NCBI GenBank assembly: GCA_030141605.1
Contig: JAQGDQ010000765.1
Coordinates: 36,123-100,122 of the forward strand
Length of the DNA stretch: 64,000 bases
Reading direction: 5' to 3'
Source: Tubiluchus corallicola
Taxonomy: Eukaryota; Animalia; Priapulida
Part shown: positions 1 through 53,900 of the stretch, piece by piece
How positions within the stretch are numbered: position 1 is the first letter of the stretch
Layout: each line of letters opens with the position of its first letter
The notes under the pieces: generated by a model
Databases searched by the model: none
What the model saw: only the letters and a program-made list of their open reading frames with translations
What the model was told of the DNA's origin: nothing
Translations under genes and position numbers: made by a program

Positions 1-1524
1 CAAATTTTGACCACATTTGAATTAATTTGGACCGTGAAGATCTTATTGAGGTTTGAAAAAGTGACCAGAAAAGAAAACATTTTGCCTGAATGTGAATTCC
101 TATGAGTGTGCTCGCTTACCACATAATCCTGATAGTTGTCACGTATTCCCGTAGATGAGCTCAACTCTGCTGCTGGGCTTCAGCTATTGCTAACTGGCCA
201 TTCCTACAATCTGCGCAAACGTACTTAGAAGGGCTCATGCTGTAACTTTTACATACATGTTAACCTTGAATCATTTATACCTGCCAACTGGGGCTTCAAT
301 ATAAAGTTATAAATTTCATTGTTACCTCTGTTCACGTAGGCTATTTTATATTTGCGGTCATTAAAGCAGCCTGATATGGTCGGCCTAATTAATTTCGTTA
401 AGTTAATTTGTATTTTAATAGGCACACTGATTGGGCAGTCAGCAGGGTCTACGTAAGCATGATTGACATTCTGTTTAACGTTAATTGACACAGCATTCCT
501 TGGAAATTTGAAAAACCCTTAGAGAAAACTTAAAGTGCTCATCCAGAGAACTAGTCTACGGCACACCCTCGACTATCATCCTTTATGAGCGCAAGTGATA
601 GTTACCAACATCAAGCAGGTATCTTGACGCTGTTGAAGGAATCCATGCAAAAGCTGATTCCTGCAAAAACTTTTTCTCGTGGTACAAGGGTACATGGCAC
701 AAGACTACATAGTATCAAACGTCACAATTGATACCAAAATATTTAGATACAAGCGAATATGTGTTTGTAAGGCGAGAAGCCATTCGTTCTCTACGGAAAC
801 TTTATGAGGGGCTGTATAAAGTACATGAACATAAGAAAAAGGCATTTTTGGTTGACATGTTTAAAGCCAGCTTATGTTGAGAAAGCCGATTCTTCGGATG
901 GAACTTTAGTACCAAACAAGACAGACCTGAGCAGAAGAAGCCTGACACTTCAAACAGATCTCAGTCTATCGAAGCAGTTCACTTGAGTAGATCATGAAAT
1001 GCGACACGTCGAAGATTACCTCTGAACACGTAATATTATATAGCTTAAACTAATTATGTTTTTGACAAAAAATGTTTACCTCTGCAGATGTATTTTTTGT
1101 TATAACCATATTTACAAAAGCACTTAATCTTCGTTCTGGGTAGTCTTGTAGCGGATAGGACTCTAGTTTAAAGAACGAGGATTTTTAGTTCTTGCTATCT
1201 ACTGACGAAAGTACGAATTTCGTCACCTTTGTGTTCAATGTGAAACTCATCAGTTTTGCTTTCATTCACTTTTATGTTCATTTCTTTGAGCTTTACTAAC
1301 ACGATTCGCCCTTTATTGGTCTCAATTTCTTTTTTTGCCTTTGCCAGAACTATCATCAGCATATTGCATGTCAGTGATGGCTCACGGTTCCTTTCTTCTT
1401 TGCTGTTTTAGATGTTCCGATGGTATTAGATCTGTAATTTTGATCTTGAGGGCGATTTGTTTTTAAAGCAACATTTCTAATCTCGGGAAATGTCAGGAAA
1501 ATTGTTTTAGCTGTATAAACCTAC

Positions 1525-40109
<38,585 letters not shown>

Positions 40110-40479
40110 TGGCTAGAAGACGACGACGACCTCCCACTAACAACATGTAGGGACTAAAAGTACAACAAAGTAGCCATAATAAAATATTGTTAGATTTAAT
40201 TAAATTAAATTGATTGCCGATTTTAAACATGTGTAGTTCTTTTCTCTTATACAAAAATGCATAAATCAAGATCAGCGCACTTGGCAATCAAGCCTATATG
40301 AAGGAAAGTTCACAAGTGTCATTATTGTCCTAAACTCGTACCTATTAAATATTTTAATACAGTTGTTGAACACTGCTGAACATTCAACTTCACTGTTGAA
40401 CACGTCATACAAGGACATGTTTTGGAAATTTATTTAATATATGTGGCAAGAGAATTTTTAAGACCCTACACGGTGGTTG

Positions 40480-40618
<139 letters not shown>

Positions 40619-40681
40619 ATTAGATAAGAAATTTTTTAGTAAATTTTAACTGCAAATTAGTTAAAATGTAATAATACTTAC

Positions 40682-40799
40682 AGCGTAGTTGAATAACTGT
40701 TAAAACTTCAAATATGCAGAGACTACCTAGTCTAGGCACGACTGTATTCTCACATTCCATCAACTTTCTTTCGTGTGTAATTCGCAGGATGATCCATTC
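40682..40799 (-). other. Putative non-coding 5'UTR exon of the Nav gene
   Basis: Strong acceptor tttttgttgtttcag and donor gtaagta, ~530 bp upstream of the acceptor preceding the ATG exon; no protein similarity. Confidence 0.45.
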
Positions 40800-42449
40800 C
40801 TGAAACAACAAAAACAAGGTCGATTGCGAATCTCTATAATTCTAGTATGTCAAATATATTTACATCTAAAAGGCTAACGAGTTTCTTGAGGAATTTACGT
40901 TCATTTACTCGCAATAATGTTCCGAAAACTTAGTGAATCCCGTTTTCAGTTTAAACAATAAAAGACACATTTACATGAAATTATTTATAGAAATAAAGTT
41001 GACCAAAATATTCACAATATAACAGATGTAGTGAAGTAACACGATGTTTTACCATATTTCCAGACATCATCAGTTTAACTACTTTCTAGCTCAACAAGTC
41101 TCACATCTAGCAAAAAAAGTGAGAAATTATAAAAACTTCACACGAAATATTTCCAGAGGTGATTGCAAATGTCAACACAGCAGTAACGTAGGTTTGCATT
41201 AGATAAAAGGCTGCCATTTTCAGTAACCTTTAACCTAATGCATTTAATCCTAAAGTCATACAGAAAGAAAGCCAAGCAGTTCCCATTAAATTCACTTATG
41301 AATCACATGATTTGCCAACAGGACTGCTGACAGCGTTTTATAATTTTTTTACGGAAAACTCCCATTGTTGCTTAACCAAAATTTTCATAAATAGTCAGAT
41401 TCGGTTTTCATTCAGTAAAATTAATGTTGAGCTAGATTTGATATCAAAGTAGCATATAGTAGGCTACTAGTATTATCGATTTGGACTCGCAGCTTTTTCC
41501 CCGCTTGCTGTCAAGTGTGTCAGCAAACACACAGTTCCGATTGCACCGCAGTACGCAATTTAACCGTGCTAGCCTTAATTATGTTTTAAACTGGGGAGCA
41601 GCACTGAATAAGCGCAGTATTTCAATGCTTATAGGACATGATTAGAAGGCACAACGCCTATGAATGGGAGTTAAAAGAAAATAAAAAGAGTAAAGCCATA
41701 AAGCAAGAAGACAACAACTTTGGCAAGTCAAAAGACGACTACTTTACCACAATGAACAGTGGGTACTCGCTCCTATGTAAAAATTTGGCGGTTAATTAAA
41801 ATGTATCCGTAAGAACCCAGGCCGTATCAAATTCATTCCTGGTTAGCTTATTATGGTTATTATGTAGCACAAAATTTTTCTCAATTTCCCTGTTAAATAT
41901 TGCTCTCGGAATATTTGAATGGCACATTGTACATTTCATAATGCAAACAGTGTACAAGTAAGCTGTCTTACAATGTTTGGACAAAAATAATCGAGTTATT
42001 GTTTTTATTAAGATTTAAATGTTCTTGTTAATGCTAAAAAATGAAGAAGTTATCCGAAAGATAATTGCAAGAGTAAGCAAACTTGCTGCATTCAAAAATT
42101 GTAAATGCGTATCTCGTGTTTGGTATTTTCTTATGTCATTACTTGCAAAAACTGAACAATACGTTTTTTTATACAAATCGCCCCAAACGCAAGTTAGGAG
42201 TGAAAACATGAATATGGTTCTAGAAGACTCTGAGCAAACCACTGTATCTGCATTTAAGACTAGAAGTCCTTGAAGCAATAAAAGTAGCAATAACAGAGCC
42301 TTAATATTACAACAGGCCGTTGATGAGCAAGAGATTGTAGGATTTACTCCAAATCAGACCAGACCAAATTGATAATGAAATGTAACTGCAATGTTCCATG
42401 CATGGTCGGATAGTCAATTTGTAAACATAAGGAATATATATATATAATA

Positions 42450-42723
42450 ATGTATGTATGTATGTATGTATGTATGTATGTATGTATGTATGTATGTATG
42501 TATGTATGTATGTATGTATGTATGTATGTATGTATGTATGTATGTATGTATGTATGTATGTATGTATGTATGTATGTATGTATGTATGTATGTATGCATG
42601 CATGCATGCATGTATGTATGTATATATGTATGTATATATATATGTATAGATTTGTATATGTATATATGTATATGTATATATATGTATACATATATGTATA
42701 TGTATATGTATGTATATATATAT
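42450..42723. repeat. (TATG)n / (TA)n microsatellite
   Basis: Direct reading. Confidence 0.98.
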
Positions 42724-44699
42724 AGCACCCTGACTTTTTCGTGATGTTTTAATTAACTATTAATTCCTTTTAGTTATTTCGTGATGGTTTTGGTCACAAC
42801 ACAGACATTTCAGTTTTTTCCAATATATTCTTGGCCAATTCTGCAAGATACTATTTTTTATCAAATCTAAGATCGGAACACAAATCAAAGTTAAACAACA
42901 AACATTAGACTGATGAGAAAAAAGAACATCCACCAGTCTAATACTGCGACGGAGAGAACAGTTAAGTTTTATCAAAAAAAAAATGTACCAAAAGCAGTCA
43001 TTAACTTCTATTGTTGCTTAAACTCGCATGTGTAATAACATGAAGATCTGATATTACTTACCCAGGTGATTCAAAGGTACGTTCTTCATAAAAGTTGCTG
43101 TTTAAAATAGAAAATTGTTTTAGAGTCTACGTCAAAACTGCTTAACTGATTATCGTCTTGTGCCCTGCTTCGTTCTAATCTCAAAAAAAAAATCATTCGT
43201 CAATTAGCAACTATCTTTCAATGAAGATATTACAAGTACGTAATTGTTCGGTATAATTTGCTAACTTTTTTGTATATATGTTTTTGCTAACTTTTCACTA
43301 CTTTCACGAAAACTTTTTGTACCTATGTCAGTCCAGTAGTCGAGTGTTAATCCATGACATGATTTAAAATCACTTTTTTATCAAAATTAATAGCAGAGGT
43401 GGTCTGAAATAGCATTTTGTCTCAGTCTCTACAACCATGAATATTATTATTGTTCAAATTTGTTTCTATGTACATGTACATAAATGTACACAAACTAACG
43501 GCAATCAATTATAAAGTGTTCAGAGTGTGAATTCTCACTGTACACGCTAGACAGGCAAACTTTATTTTCAATCAATGCTAGTATAAATTTAAATGCTTTA
43601 CAACCCTTTCCTAAATAGTGCGCTGGTTTCCAATAATCTACCACATTGCACTGAAGCCAGTTTTTCATGTACATCCTTCTATATTGCAATAGATCGCCCC
43701 TTACGAAGCCATTGAACTTCACATTGCATACCGTAGTCGCAACCACCATGAAGAACAAATGTTTGAAGTCTTGGAGTTTCTTCCTATAAATTTCCTGCAT
43801 TTTAATTCCCATTTTCACGTCGTCACCACTGCTTATGGAGTACAAGATTTCAACAATCCAGTATTGAACCCTGAACATCTTAGCCCCCGTCATTACAATA
43901 TTATTGGACGTCAGCCACTTGATAAAGGTGATGTAATTTTCTTCTCCACTAATTTTTTGATAAATTCGTTTACTTCGTACTTGCTGTATTCTGTGCAAGA
44001 GAAATGTATTCAATTCTATTCAATTCAATTCTATGTATATATTCTATGTATAAATTGTGTGTATTCTATTCAAGAGATAAGCATACGTCTGTTAAATGCT
44101 CATTACTTGTACATATGTAATTTGAAGCCTTTTGACTAATTTTACAAATGTTTTTGAATGTGTTATAATTTTAAGGATGTCCAAACAAACAAGAACCAAC
44201 AACAGTTAGAAATCCGCATCTGATTTTACCGCTTAACGTTGAAATTTTGCTTTAGTGCTTCGGTATATATGCAAATTAGCAATATAATAGTAATTTATCA
44301 CCATTTTTATATTAGTTTTTTTCATTAGTCTATCACCATTTTTATAATAGAACAAATAAATAATAAAAGAAGAAACAATAAAGCAGCTGTAAAATCACCC
44401 CATTGATGCATTCTGCTCTTTTTGGTTCGATAACTTTGGTTTTGTTAGTGTCACAATCTCATGCGACGATTGGTTTTTTTTGCTATAAAGTACAAATTCA
44501 CACCACATGTCTGTGACGCTTAGCATTGGAGAATTAGAACTATACCACCTGCCTTAATTTGCTTTGCACGCAAAACACCTGCGCAACATAAAAATACACC
44601 TATATATGCGAAATAACATTAAATTGATGTCTATTTTACTCTGTCGTGCTTTCTATGCTATTTGTTTTTGTTTTTCATCATGTTTTTTGACATTATCTG

Positions 44700-46790
44700 C
44701 ACAATGAAGAGAAAAGTAAATTTGACGCTACTTTAAAAGCAGACAGAGAACATAAAAGTTATAAATTAATTAAGTACAGTAAACATGGAAAAAGTCCCAC
44801 ACATGTTTCTATATCCAACTGGTGTCATCATCAATGAATTGAACTGACTACAGCAACAAAGCTCCTTTTAAAGACAAAAGTTAATCACCTGTAACTGTGT
44901 AGAAGCCTATTAATGAAATGGAACACATCAATAACAGCAGAAGGGTGAGTAGGAATGGAACAGAGAGGTGAGTAGTATCAGAACAGTGTTAAAGGTATAG
45001 GAGTTGCCTTGGATATTAAGACTATGTATGTTAAGATAATTGAAAGGCTTTCTTTAATAAGTAAGGAAAATAAGGAAGGTTTAGTACGAGCAGATGCAAT
45101 AATATTGAAGCTAATACTTGACTGATGCTTGGCGTTACTGATGTGATACAAAATGGATGTACGTGGGTGATTTTTTTAAATTACATGCCCATACCATCAA
45201 GTGTAGAGATGATTTACCAATGTATCCAGCATTGCAGATGGAACACGTATATTTGTAAACAACATATCTCCATACTGTACTTCTGTACATTTGTCACTGT
45301 TCTAAAACTACCCGCCCATGTTCCATTCCCATCGACGTCTTTTCTGTAATAGATGTGTTCCAGCTAGGTGTTGAACGTCGTGTCTGGGAATTTTGCTATA
45401 TATATATATATTTACAATGTTTATTCGCATATAAGTACGTTTACATGCATAATTAGAATAAGAAAGTCATAATACATGTGCATAACAATAACAAAAGGTA
45501 AGTAATATATACAATCAGTTAGTTACAATGGTTAGTAACATGGATATTACTTCTTCATTAGTTTGGGGGTATATGCTAACGTGTTTATAGATTAATGTCC
45601 CTTCCAGGTCACTTGTAATGGTCAGTCACTATTTGAAAAAAATACACTTTAGTAATCTTTGTCCGACTTAACTACCGCGCTGAAAATGTTTGGACACTGC
45701 TTTCTTCAATGACTGCTTTAAAAATTACCAGTACCTTTTAAATAATTTCGTACCCGGATATTATATTATGTCAGTACTATCTTACCAATTATTGAATATC
45801 GTAGCATAATATGGTCTGATTGTAACGAAAATTCTTTACAATCATTCAACAAAGTTTATTTGTCAACTGCAAAAACTTATTCGGGAACAATGTTCCGACC
45901 ATCTTCTCAAAAAGTTTTAGGTTATTGCGGTTTTACTGATCTAACGACATGCTTTCACTACCACAGTTAATTTTTCAGTAGACCGGGCGGTTTATTCTAG
46001 TGGTAACACGTCCGCCTTCCGTCTGGAAGGTCATTAGTTCGATACTGCGGCCGGGTCATACCAAAGATTTGGTACCAGCTGTTTGCCCTGACAGGCGCGT
46101 GGTATTTAGGATAAAAGTTGGGCAACAATAATTTCTGTCATGTAGTTGTTGTTTGTTATTTACATTCGGCAACAAAAGACTCGTGGCTGGCTTTTGTTGT
46201 GTGTTGAACTTAAAACAAACTTTAATTAAAGGTTATTATCTTCAAAGCGGTAAATCACCTAGTTCCTGGTTGTCTAATCAGTATCCTCCCACCTAAAGTA
46301 GGTGAACTTACTACGTACAACAACGTTCGTAACAGCGATAAATATGGAAACTTTGCTACACGCTCCGTAGCATTTACATAGGGAACAATTTATCCCAGAG
46401 ACCTCGAGCAGTAACTTCATTTTTTAAATTTAAGCAAGATATTAAAAAATATACTGGAAATTTAATAAAAGTAGCAAGTATTCGTTTTTTGGTAAGCTCC
46501 AGCTTCCATACACCATACTAAAATACCGATTGCGTTTAACCATTAGAATTACAATTAGCCGCTTTATTAAAGGCTACAAAGACGTAACGGTTCCTTAGTT
46601 GGAACCGTCTACTTATTATAAATTAGGTGCTATTAACGTACTCTAAATGTACTTGGTCAAGTGTCCATATACTAGTCAAGTGTAACTTGACTACTCTATA
46701 TCTTGTAATGTACATATTTTTATGATGTGTATTATATTTTTACAATTTATCTCAGTGACTGTGAATATTTCTCGAAATAAAAATGAAAAA
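44700..46790. mobile_element. Cluster of old LINE RT remnants (minus ~44700-45200, plus ~45700-46790)
   Basis: Minus FIDDDT (RT D-D motif remnant); plus TILPIIEY..IIWS; aataaa and A-rich end. Confidence 0.45.
45981..46122 (+). mobile_element. tRNA-derived SINE fragment (possibly Meta-SINE-like body)
   Basis: A-box-like tctagtgg, B-box-like gttcgatac, followed by ccgggtcataccaaaga...tggtacc, which I recall as a widespread metazoan SINE body; family unverified. Confidence 0.65.
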
Positions 46791-49700
46791 TTTATATATA
46801 AATTATAATTCAATTCAATCCAATTTTATTTATTTGTCCTCATACAGTAAACATGTAACAAAGTTGTTAATAATGATTAATAGTCAAAGAGAGAACGAAG
46901 TGGAAAAAACGTACGTGTTTCTACGTACATCACTGAAAATACATGTACCGTTATAATAGTTTCAGTTAGTGGTGTTGGTAAAGTAACTTGTTGTAATGAC
47001 GTTTCTAAACATTGTTATTAATTACAATTAGTTAGAATTCTTATTCAGGACAAGAAATATAATTATCTACAACAGATAAAAAACTAACGTCATAACATAT
47101 CAGTGATACATATGGTTATATCAAAATAACAAATATAATAATTATAACAATCAAATATAATAATAAATATGTATGCGATGCCGGGGGATCCCAATTATGA
47201 TGTAAAAACTAAATGGTCCAAAACTACACTAGAGTATGTTTAATATAAATAACGTGCTACACAGCCCACTAATAATCAATAGTGTGCACACGTTTCACGT
47301 AGTGTCCGACTAACATCGTCGTCACCTAGCATATCCATGAGATCAATGCAATGATCTAGATTAGTTGCTGCATAAGGGACAATATGTATACGCGCGTCAG
47401 CTTTGCATATGTAACATTAGGTTATAGTTAGTGGCTTCGCTAGCTTCATCTGGCTAATGGGCCGAAAGAATTGCGTTGATTGCTGTATGGTTGGACGTGC
47501 CACTAGGCGTACGTACAAATACAGAGCTATAGGAATAAAATCACTGTGTTTTATAATAGTAATATACCTATGACAGCAAGTGGCTAGTCATAGCAGCGAA
47601 TGGATGGGGCACTACGGCCTTATCGCTAGCAAATGTTTAGATTTGCTCAAGTATTAGTTGTGATAAAAGTTAACTCAAGCAATTAATTTTGATAAGCAAG
47701 CTCCGAGGAGATCATGAACGCCAATTTTCAGTAACAGAGAAATGGCAAATGACACACAGCCTGGAGTTTCCAATTACACAATTATTGAAGTTTAAAGGAA
47801 TTGTTTGTTAGCAAATTGCCTTAAATAACATTGTGTTGTTGACAGTCTTCTGCGAGGTATACCCTGAGGCTACCCCTGCGACGAGAGTATAGTAATCCGG
47901 CTTGGACCAGCAGAATGGGCGGCTAAGAAATCTTAGATTCTTCGGCAGTATGGTCTTCAGAAAACTTTAACTAAACTTAATTAGGAATGCCCTAATTACA
48001 AACACCATAATTAGAATTCTGAAAATCTAACTTTCGAATACAATAGACAATGTTAGCCATTTAAAAGAGCGATGAAAGCACCCCAAAATGACTTAATTAC
48101 AAATAAAATTCAGTTAACCTACCTACCTAATTTTATATATTGTGCCTTGATGAGAGTGCATTACGAAAAACTGCTTGTCTTCTCTGCTGAGCAGTAGCAA
48201 ATCACTCATTCTCTTTAACACTAAGTATGAGACAAGCCAGGATAGCGTTTCTTGTTGATTATTTTTAAGTCAGAAGCCAAAGCGGCCAAAGTCAAAAGCT
48301 AGAAATATTGCATGAAGTTGAGTTAAGGAGAAACGACTATAAGTTTAAGAAGAGCTTGAATTCAACACACACAAATAACAAGGTTATCAACAAGCCAGTG
48401 TAAACCACAATATGTGCTAACATTATGAGGGCTGCCTACTAGTTTGAAGCAAGCACAAACTGCAACACATTTACTTTGTTATTAACAGCCTCTTTAGATT
48501 GTTTAATGGCGACTACTTAACTAAGTAATGCAGCATTTTTCTCACTTTACTACAGACGTAGTTATCTTGACAAGGGTTATTTCTACAATACATGTACTGA
48601 CAGCTTGTATTCACAGCAGCGTTTGAATTAGATTTTAAATGTCTATGTGATCAAAGCTTTGTGATGTTTAGTTTGTTTAAATTTATTGCCTAAAGTGCAT
48701 ATTGTTTTCACAGTTATACGCAGTATAATATAGTGCAAAAGAAATTTAAATCTTAATTAAAATGATGAGGCACATAAAATTCACATTAAAACTATTTCAG
48801 TTTAAAAACAGTTCGCATCTTATAAAGATTACACCTTTTGAAGATGTTTTTGTTTAAATATTGAGGTGGCTGATGAGATGAAAGCATCTTTGTATCTATG
48901 TGTTCTAACTTTGAGTGAAAGAGTGAAGGTAACTACAATGAACAGGATAACGAAGATTTGAAAGCAAACTAGATTCTTGTTTTATATATTTTTAATTAAG
49001 TATTTACTACAAGCCCTTCCCCAACGTTTGTACAAGATCAACATTAAAGGCTTTACTGACTCTCTTTACTAACAGACAGTTATTTCCAACATGCTCAGAC
49101 TACTTGAAAAATAGTAGAGAAAATGACTGTTGGGAGCTAGTAGATTTTTATGGTGGGGGTGCAACTCTTTACCTCCCAACTCATCCACAAATCTGACTAC
49201 CCTGTCGCGTCATCTTTTATTCACAATAAAAGGGTTGTGCAACATACGTGGGCGGTTGTTGTCCTACAATTTTCCAGAGGGCAACAAGGCATATGAACCA
49301 AAATTCAACGACACAGGTATAATTAATATATCTTTAGTGAGGTTGCAATGTCGAAGGGCTCACTTGAAAAACCAGCGGGTCTAAGGCTTGATGTTACGTT
49401 TTACGGGGGTCTACTTAGGCGTTATGGTTTTCCATGTTGACTATGACATACATAGATTCCAAACATACCAACAACAAAATCTTATATGAAATGGAGGAAA
49501 AGATTATGATTATGTTTACTATTTTTATTCACTTTTTACTCTGTTTAGATAAATTAGAACAGGTTAAATTATCAATAACAGTTTCGCATAAAAGCATAAT
49601 AACAAAAATGACAAAGTGAAAAGAAAACAAAATGTCTACTTATCAGTTAACCCTTCCCCTGAGAGGACAAGGACATAGGATAGGAGTCCGCGGACGTAGC

Positions 49701-49999
49701 TCACTCCAGTCAGTCACAGCAACACATCAACGACTTCAAGTCTATGGCCATAACAATCAACGGTGATGACGCCGGCTGCAGCACCAATCAAACATGAACT
49801 AAGGAATGGCTCACAAGTCTCTGCGGTTGACTCAGGATACGTCCACAATCCACAACGTCTGGACACTGGTGGCTAGTCACGCCTTTCCATGTAGTTTAGA
49901 ATAAGACACATCGCAGAAAGTTCCAACATCTCATCAGTGTGAATAAAGCTCCATCCACAACATCAAAACTGAAGTAGTTTGGTATCACCACTGATAGTC

Positions 50000-50900
50000 T
50001 CTTTATGTTAGATCAGTCAAATAGTAGATGTGCACAAGTTTAGTGCTTCAAAGACTCTTATAATCAAGTTTAGGATTTTAACCATTTTCGTAAAGTAAAG
50101 TTAAAGTTAAGAGTTAAAGCATTTTTGGCTGCTTTTAGATTCAGCAGTTACACTGTACTCTCCTGGATATCTGTGTCATGCACTTTCCAAGATCATGTTA
50201 TGCATGGATAGGTTATAGTATATTACGAAAGGAGGGGTGATAGGTAGGAAGCCCTTCCCACAGACTATACTACAGCAATATCTAGTTTAGCTATGTGTAA
50301 GAACCTTACAATGACATTTACAGACAGTTTGTATGCATTTACGACTTACACATAGAACAAACGCTACTTACATCTCTTTATACAATTTTCAGTGAGTTTT
50401 AAGAATTTCAAATCTTCCTGCATTGTAACACCTAAGAACATTGTAGAAAAAACTTCCCCCGAAACTCTATTCATTAACACTTACACGCTCTGAGGTTAAA
50501 GGTTTATTAACTGTACAGTCAAAACTGATTCTTTAGCTTTTTGGCATTTAAAACTATTAAAACGTCATAAGATTCGCTAGAAATCATATCTATATGACTC
50601 TGATAAACTGCAAAATCGTTTTGCTGACCTTCACGCGCACAATATCGTGTCGTCTGCAAATTTGGTCAATAACCGTCGAACTAAACAATTTAAACAAACT
50701 ATAAAAATTGCTGATAAATATTATTATAACGATTCTGTAATTCATTCATAATACCTAGTTTGTAAGCAATACGTAACATCTCCTGTGATATAAGATAGTC
50801 AATTTACTGAATATGATACGAGACACACTGAGTGTCACCACAGTTGACGTGGTGCTTGAGTAGACGTCATCAATTTGAGTAATACTTCTAGATCAATTTC
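50000..50900 (-). mobile_element. Old LINE RT remnant
   Basis: Minus strand KFADDT at ~50645-50665; boundaries approximate. Confidence 0.5.
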
Positions 50901-53900
50901 AATGATGTCACTTACCTAAGGACAGATTGGTCAACCAGGGAAATGCAGCAATCAACGATCGGCATAATTTACGCAAATGACTGTTCAACAGATAATCAGA
51001 TTGCTCAACGCAATCCTGTCACATACGTGCCTCATGCCTACTGATGCAACTAATAAAATCTGGCAGTATGCGTTTCAACATGGTGAAGTAGTTTGGAACA
51101 TTCTTCTTTCAAATTTTAATCCACTGCTCGCAATAATTACGTTTAATAATTATATCTGAAATTTCTGGAAATCTTAATTTGTTATTGTTCAAAATAATAC
51201 GGCGCAAGCAGTTTTACGCATTTAACACCTTTAGAACTTGCAGTGCTTTAAGCAAAGCAGTTAACTTCCAGACAGTGTACAAAAGCCATTATGACTATTT
51301 GGCAGCGACCTAAGATCCGATAAATTTGTTGCGCGATGACTATGGATGATCGACAAAAGTTAGTTAATAATATAGAATCAAGAGAATCTAGGCAACTAGA
51401 GAATCAAGGTTTATAAATTGATTTCAAATCAACTTTGAATCAACTTGTACTTACACATATTTTTGTAGATAGCAGGCTGTAGTTTATGGTGCTAAATTTT
51501 TATTATGTTTTTTTGTGCTATGCCGAGTAAATAAAAGTATGAAACAAAATAGATTTTGGATTATTTGCTATGTACTAGAACTACTAGATACTTGTTATTT
51601 TCTAGACATTTTAAAAATTTTAAACGTCAAAACAACTCACAAAAACTGTGCTTTCAAAACTGCTGTATGTGATAACATGGACAAGACAAATAAATTGAGT
51701 GGCATCTTTAAAAGCGCTTTGCGGAACTTCATTATGCTAGAATTTTTCTCTGTATACCCTATTTTAGTACGACTGTCTTGATTTTTAGCAGGATAATTCA
51801 GCTACTGCTACTATTGTGACACTGGCAAGGATTACTCCGTAGTGTCGTAAAACGTAACAATCTTCAAGTGGGATTATTTTTGCGTTTATTATTTTTGACA
51901 TTGAGACAATTTCACCGTTTCTGTTACTGTTCACTAGAAATTGAAATCTTAAAGAAATACATTGCGACAAAATAAAGGAATAAAATATGTGTAAAAGTTT
52001 ACGCTTTTTTGCAAAATAGAAACTAAACGAAACCATGAAGAAACCGAAATAGAAGCGTGGTTGATACACAATAACCAACGTAATTACTCTTTAACGTGAC
52101 AGGTAATTAGAATAACTTTTCTACTCCTAAACACTGATACAGCATTTCTGCCTCATATGTAATGATAAACGCTACAGAAGATGCGGCTTTGTTACCAAGG
52201 CAACCAACACTCTATCAACTATCTCCAGCAAGGATGAAATTTTTGAAAGGAAATCTATAAAACTCATTGGGTCGGGTTTTACGCATTATATATGGCTGTA
52301 TAAAAATTCAGCTTAGTAATAATATATTCGAGCAGCAACACGACCATCCATTACGCGCATTTACTGGGTTGAGCCTGTTAAAAACGAAACCATGTTGAAA
52401 GAAGCTGACGTAAAACTAATGACAAAACGGCGCTGAATGGCTGAATAGTGTTTTATGAAAATGGAAATTGAAGTTTCCGCGAGCAAGTCTTCCATGACCT
52501 TGTAGATGAATCATTTGAATGACTAAATGACCAGTTTGAGTGACCAAATTGTCACGTCTTTCTTCAAGAACCCGCCTCTCAACACGTCTTTCTTCAAAAA
52601 TCCGCCTCTCAACACGGCTAAATTTTCTTTGTGACGTTTTTCGTATACGTTGTTTCTTTGGCTAGCGCTTCGATTTTTCTGATTTGCTATCTGATGAATT
52701 AAGTTTAACCGATAACCTGAATCGAAATATAAACGGTTATGGTTTACATTTCGAAATATGGTTCCCTAATACCTGCGGGAAGACTGCAGTATTTCGACTT
52801 GGAATGCAGCAATATGGTCGTTAAAGGAAAGAACAAGTCACTCAATATGTTGGCTTTATTTTACTGTTATCACCTAAACTTAGAAAAATATAACATATAA
52901 AAGAACTTTGCAATGAGCTTTCTATAAAACATCAATCTAAAACATACTACCTATGAATGGAAATTTTCAGGCGTGGTGGCTGCCGCCATTCGTTTAAAAA
53001 TTTTAACATGACTTTTCATCAAGGTATCGTGGCTTTCCGTGAATGCACCCTGCCTAAACTAATTCAAAATTCTGCAGCTAACCTAATGTTCACGAATAAT
53101 GTTACAAAATCAGCTATCTAATGTTTTTGTAATAATTTGTTATACTTTTAACGAAGACTGACAGTGCGCTATGTTTCTCCAGGACGAATGACGTCATTGG
53201 AAGAAGAATGGGCATTGAAAATGGAAGCATCCAAGCATGAAGTGAGTACTAATTTACACAAGGCGATTATTGCAGTTTTATTACCAAATTTTTCTAACTT
53301 TTTTTGCTAACATAAAGCCTAGCTTCCCGGAATAGCCTTTCCTTTAAACTACAGCTTCCATAAATCAATAATATTATATTGGCTTTTTTCTGATTGGTGG
53401 ACTAGTAATCCTAAGATTGCTTTTGATTAAACACTACGATACGCTTTCGATGCTTAAATACATGCTTCATTTAGAAAAAGACCTGGTGCATTGTACTATA
53501 CCACTCGCTTAGAAGCAGCAGTACGCTGGTCTGATAGTGCGCACCTATCCGACAAAACATTATCTCACATCAAAAATTTCAATTGAATGAATAGGTGTTA
53601 CGACTCTGTGCAAATGTATTTTTGTTTTGTTTTTGCAGATTGTTTAAATACATCTGTTTTATGATAACTGACTTACAATTTAGTCGTTCGCTGTACCAAT
53701 CAGTACTTTTCAAATTTTATAGATTTTTACATGATATTTAATATCATCTGCCGTTTACTGGTTTGTTGATCAACATGATTATAGGTGTTTCTGGTATGGT
53801 ATGTCTATCGGCTCTCACATCTGAGGGATAATCACGCTAGAACCAAGTTACACCGAAGTTTAAAAGCGATTTGGAGTAAGAAGCACCGACGGTCCAAAAA

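Noticed and set aside
42307-42744. YIHT/MYVC repeat ORFs, and similar poly-L/Y/I/ER/VC ORFs elsewhere
   Set aside because: Translations of microsatellites
43495-44139. Overlapping 172-aa and 126-aa ORFs
   Set aside because: No recognisable domain or splice support; probably chance or decayed repeat
45981-46050. Functional tRNA gene
   Set aside because: No complete cloverleaf or acceptor stem; continues into a SINE-like body
52553-52616. 30-bp tandem duplication
   Set aside because: Only two copies, ordinary local duplication
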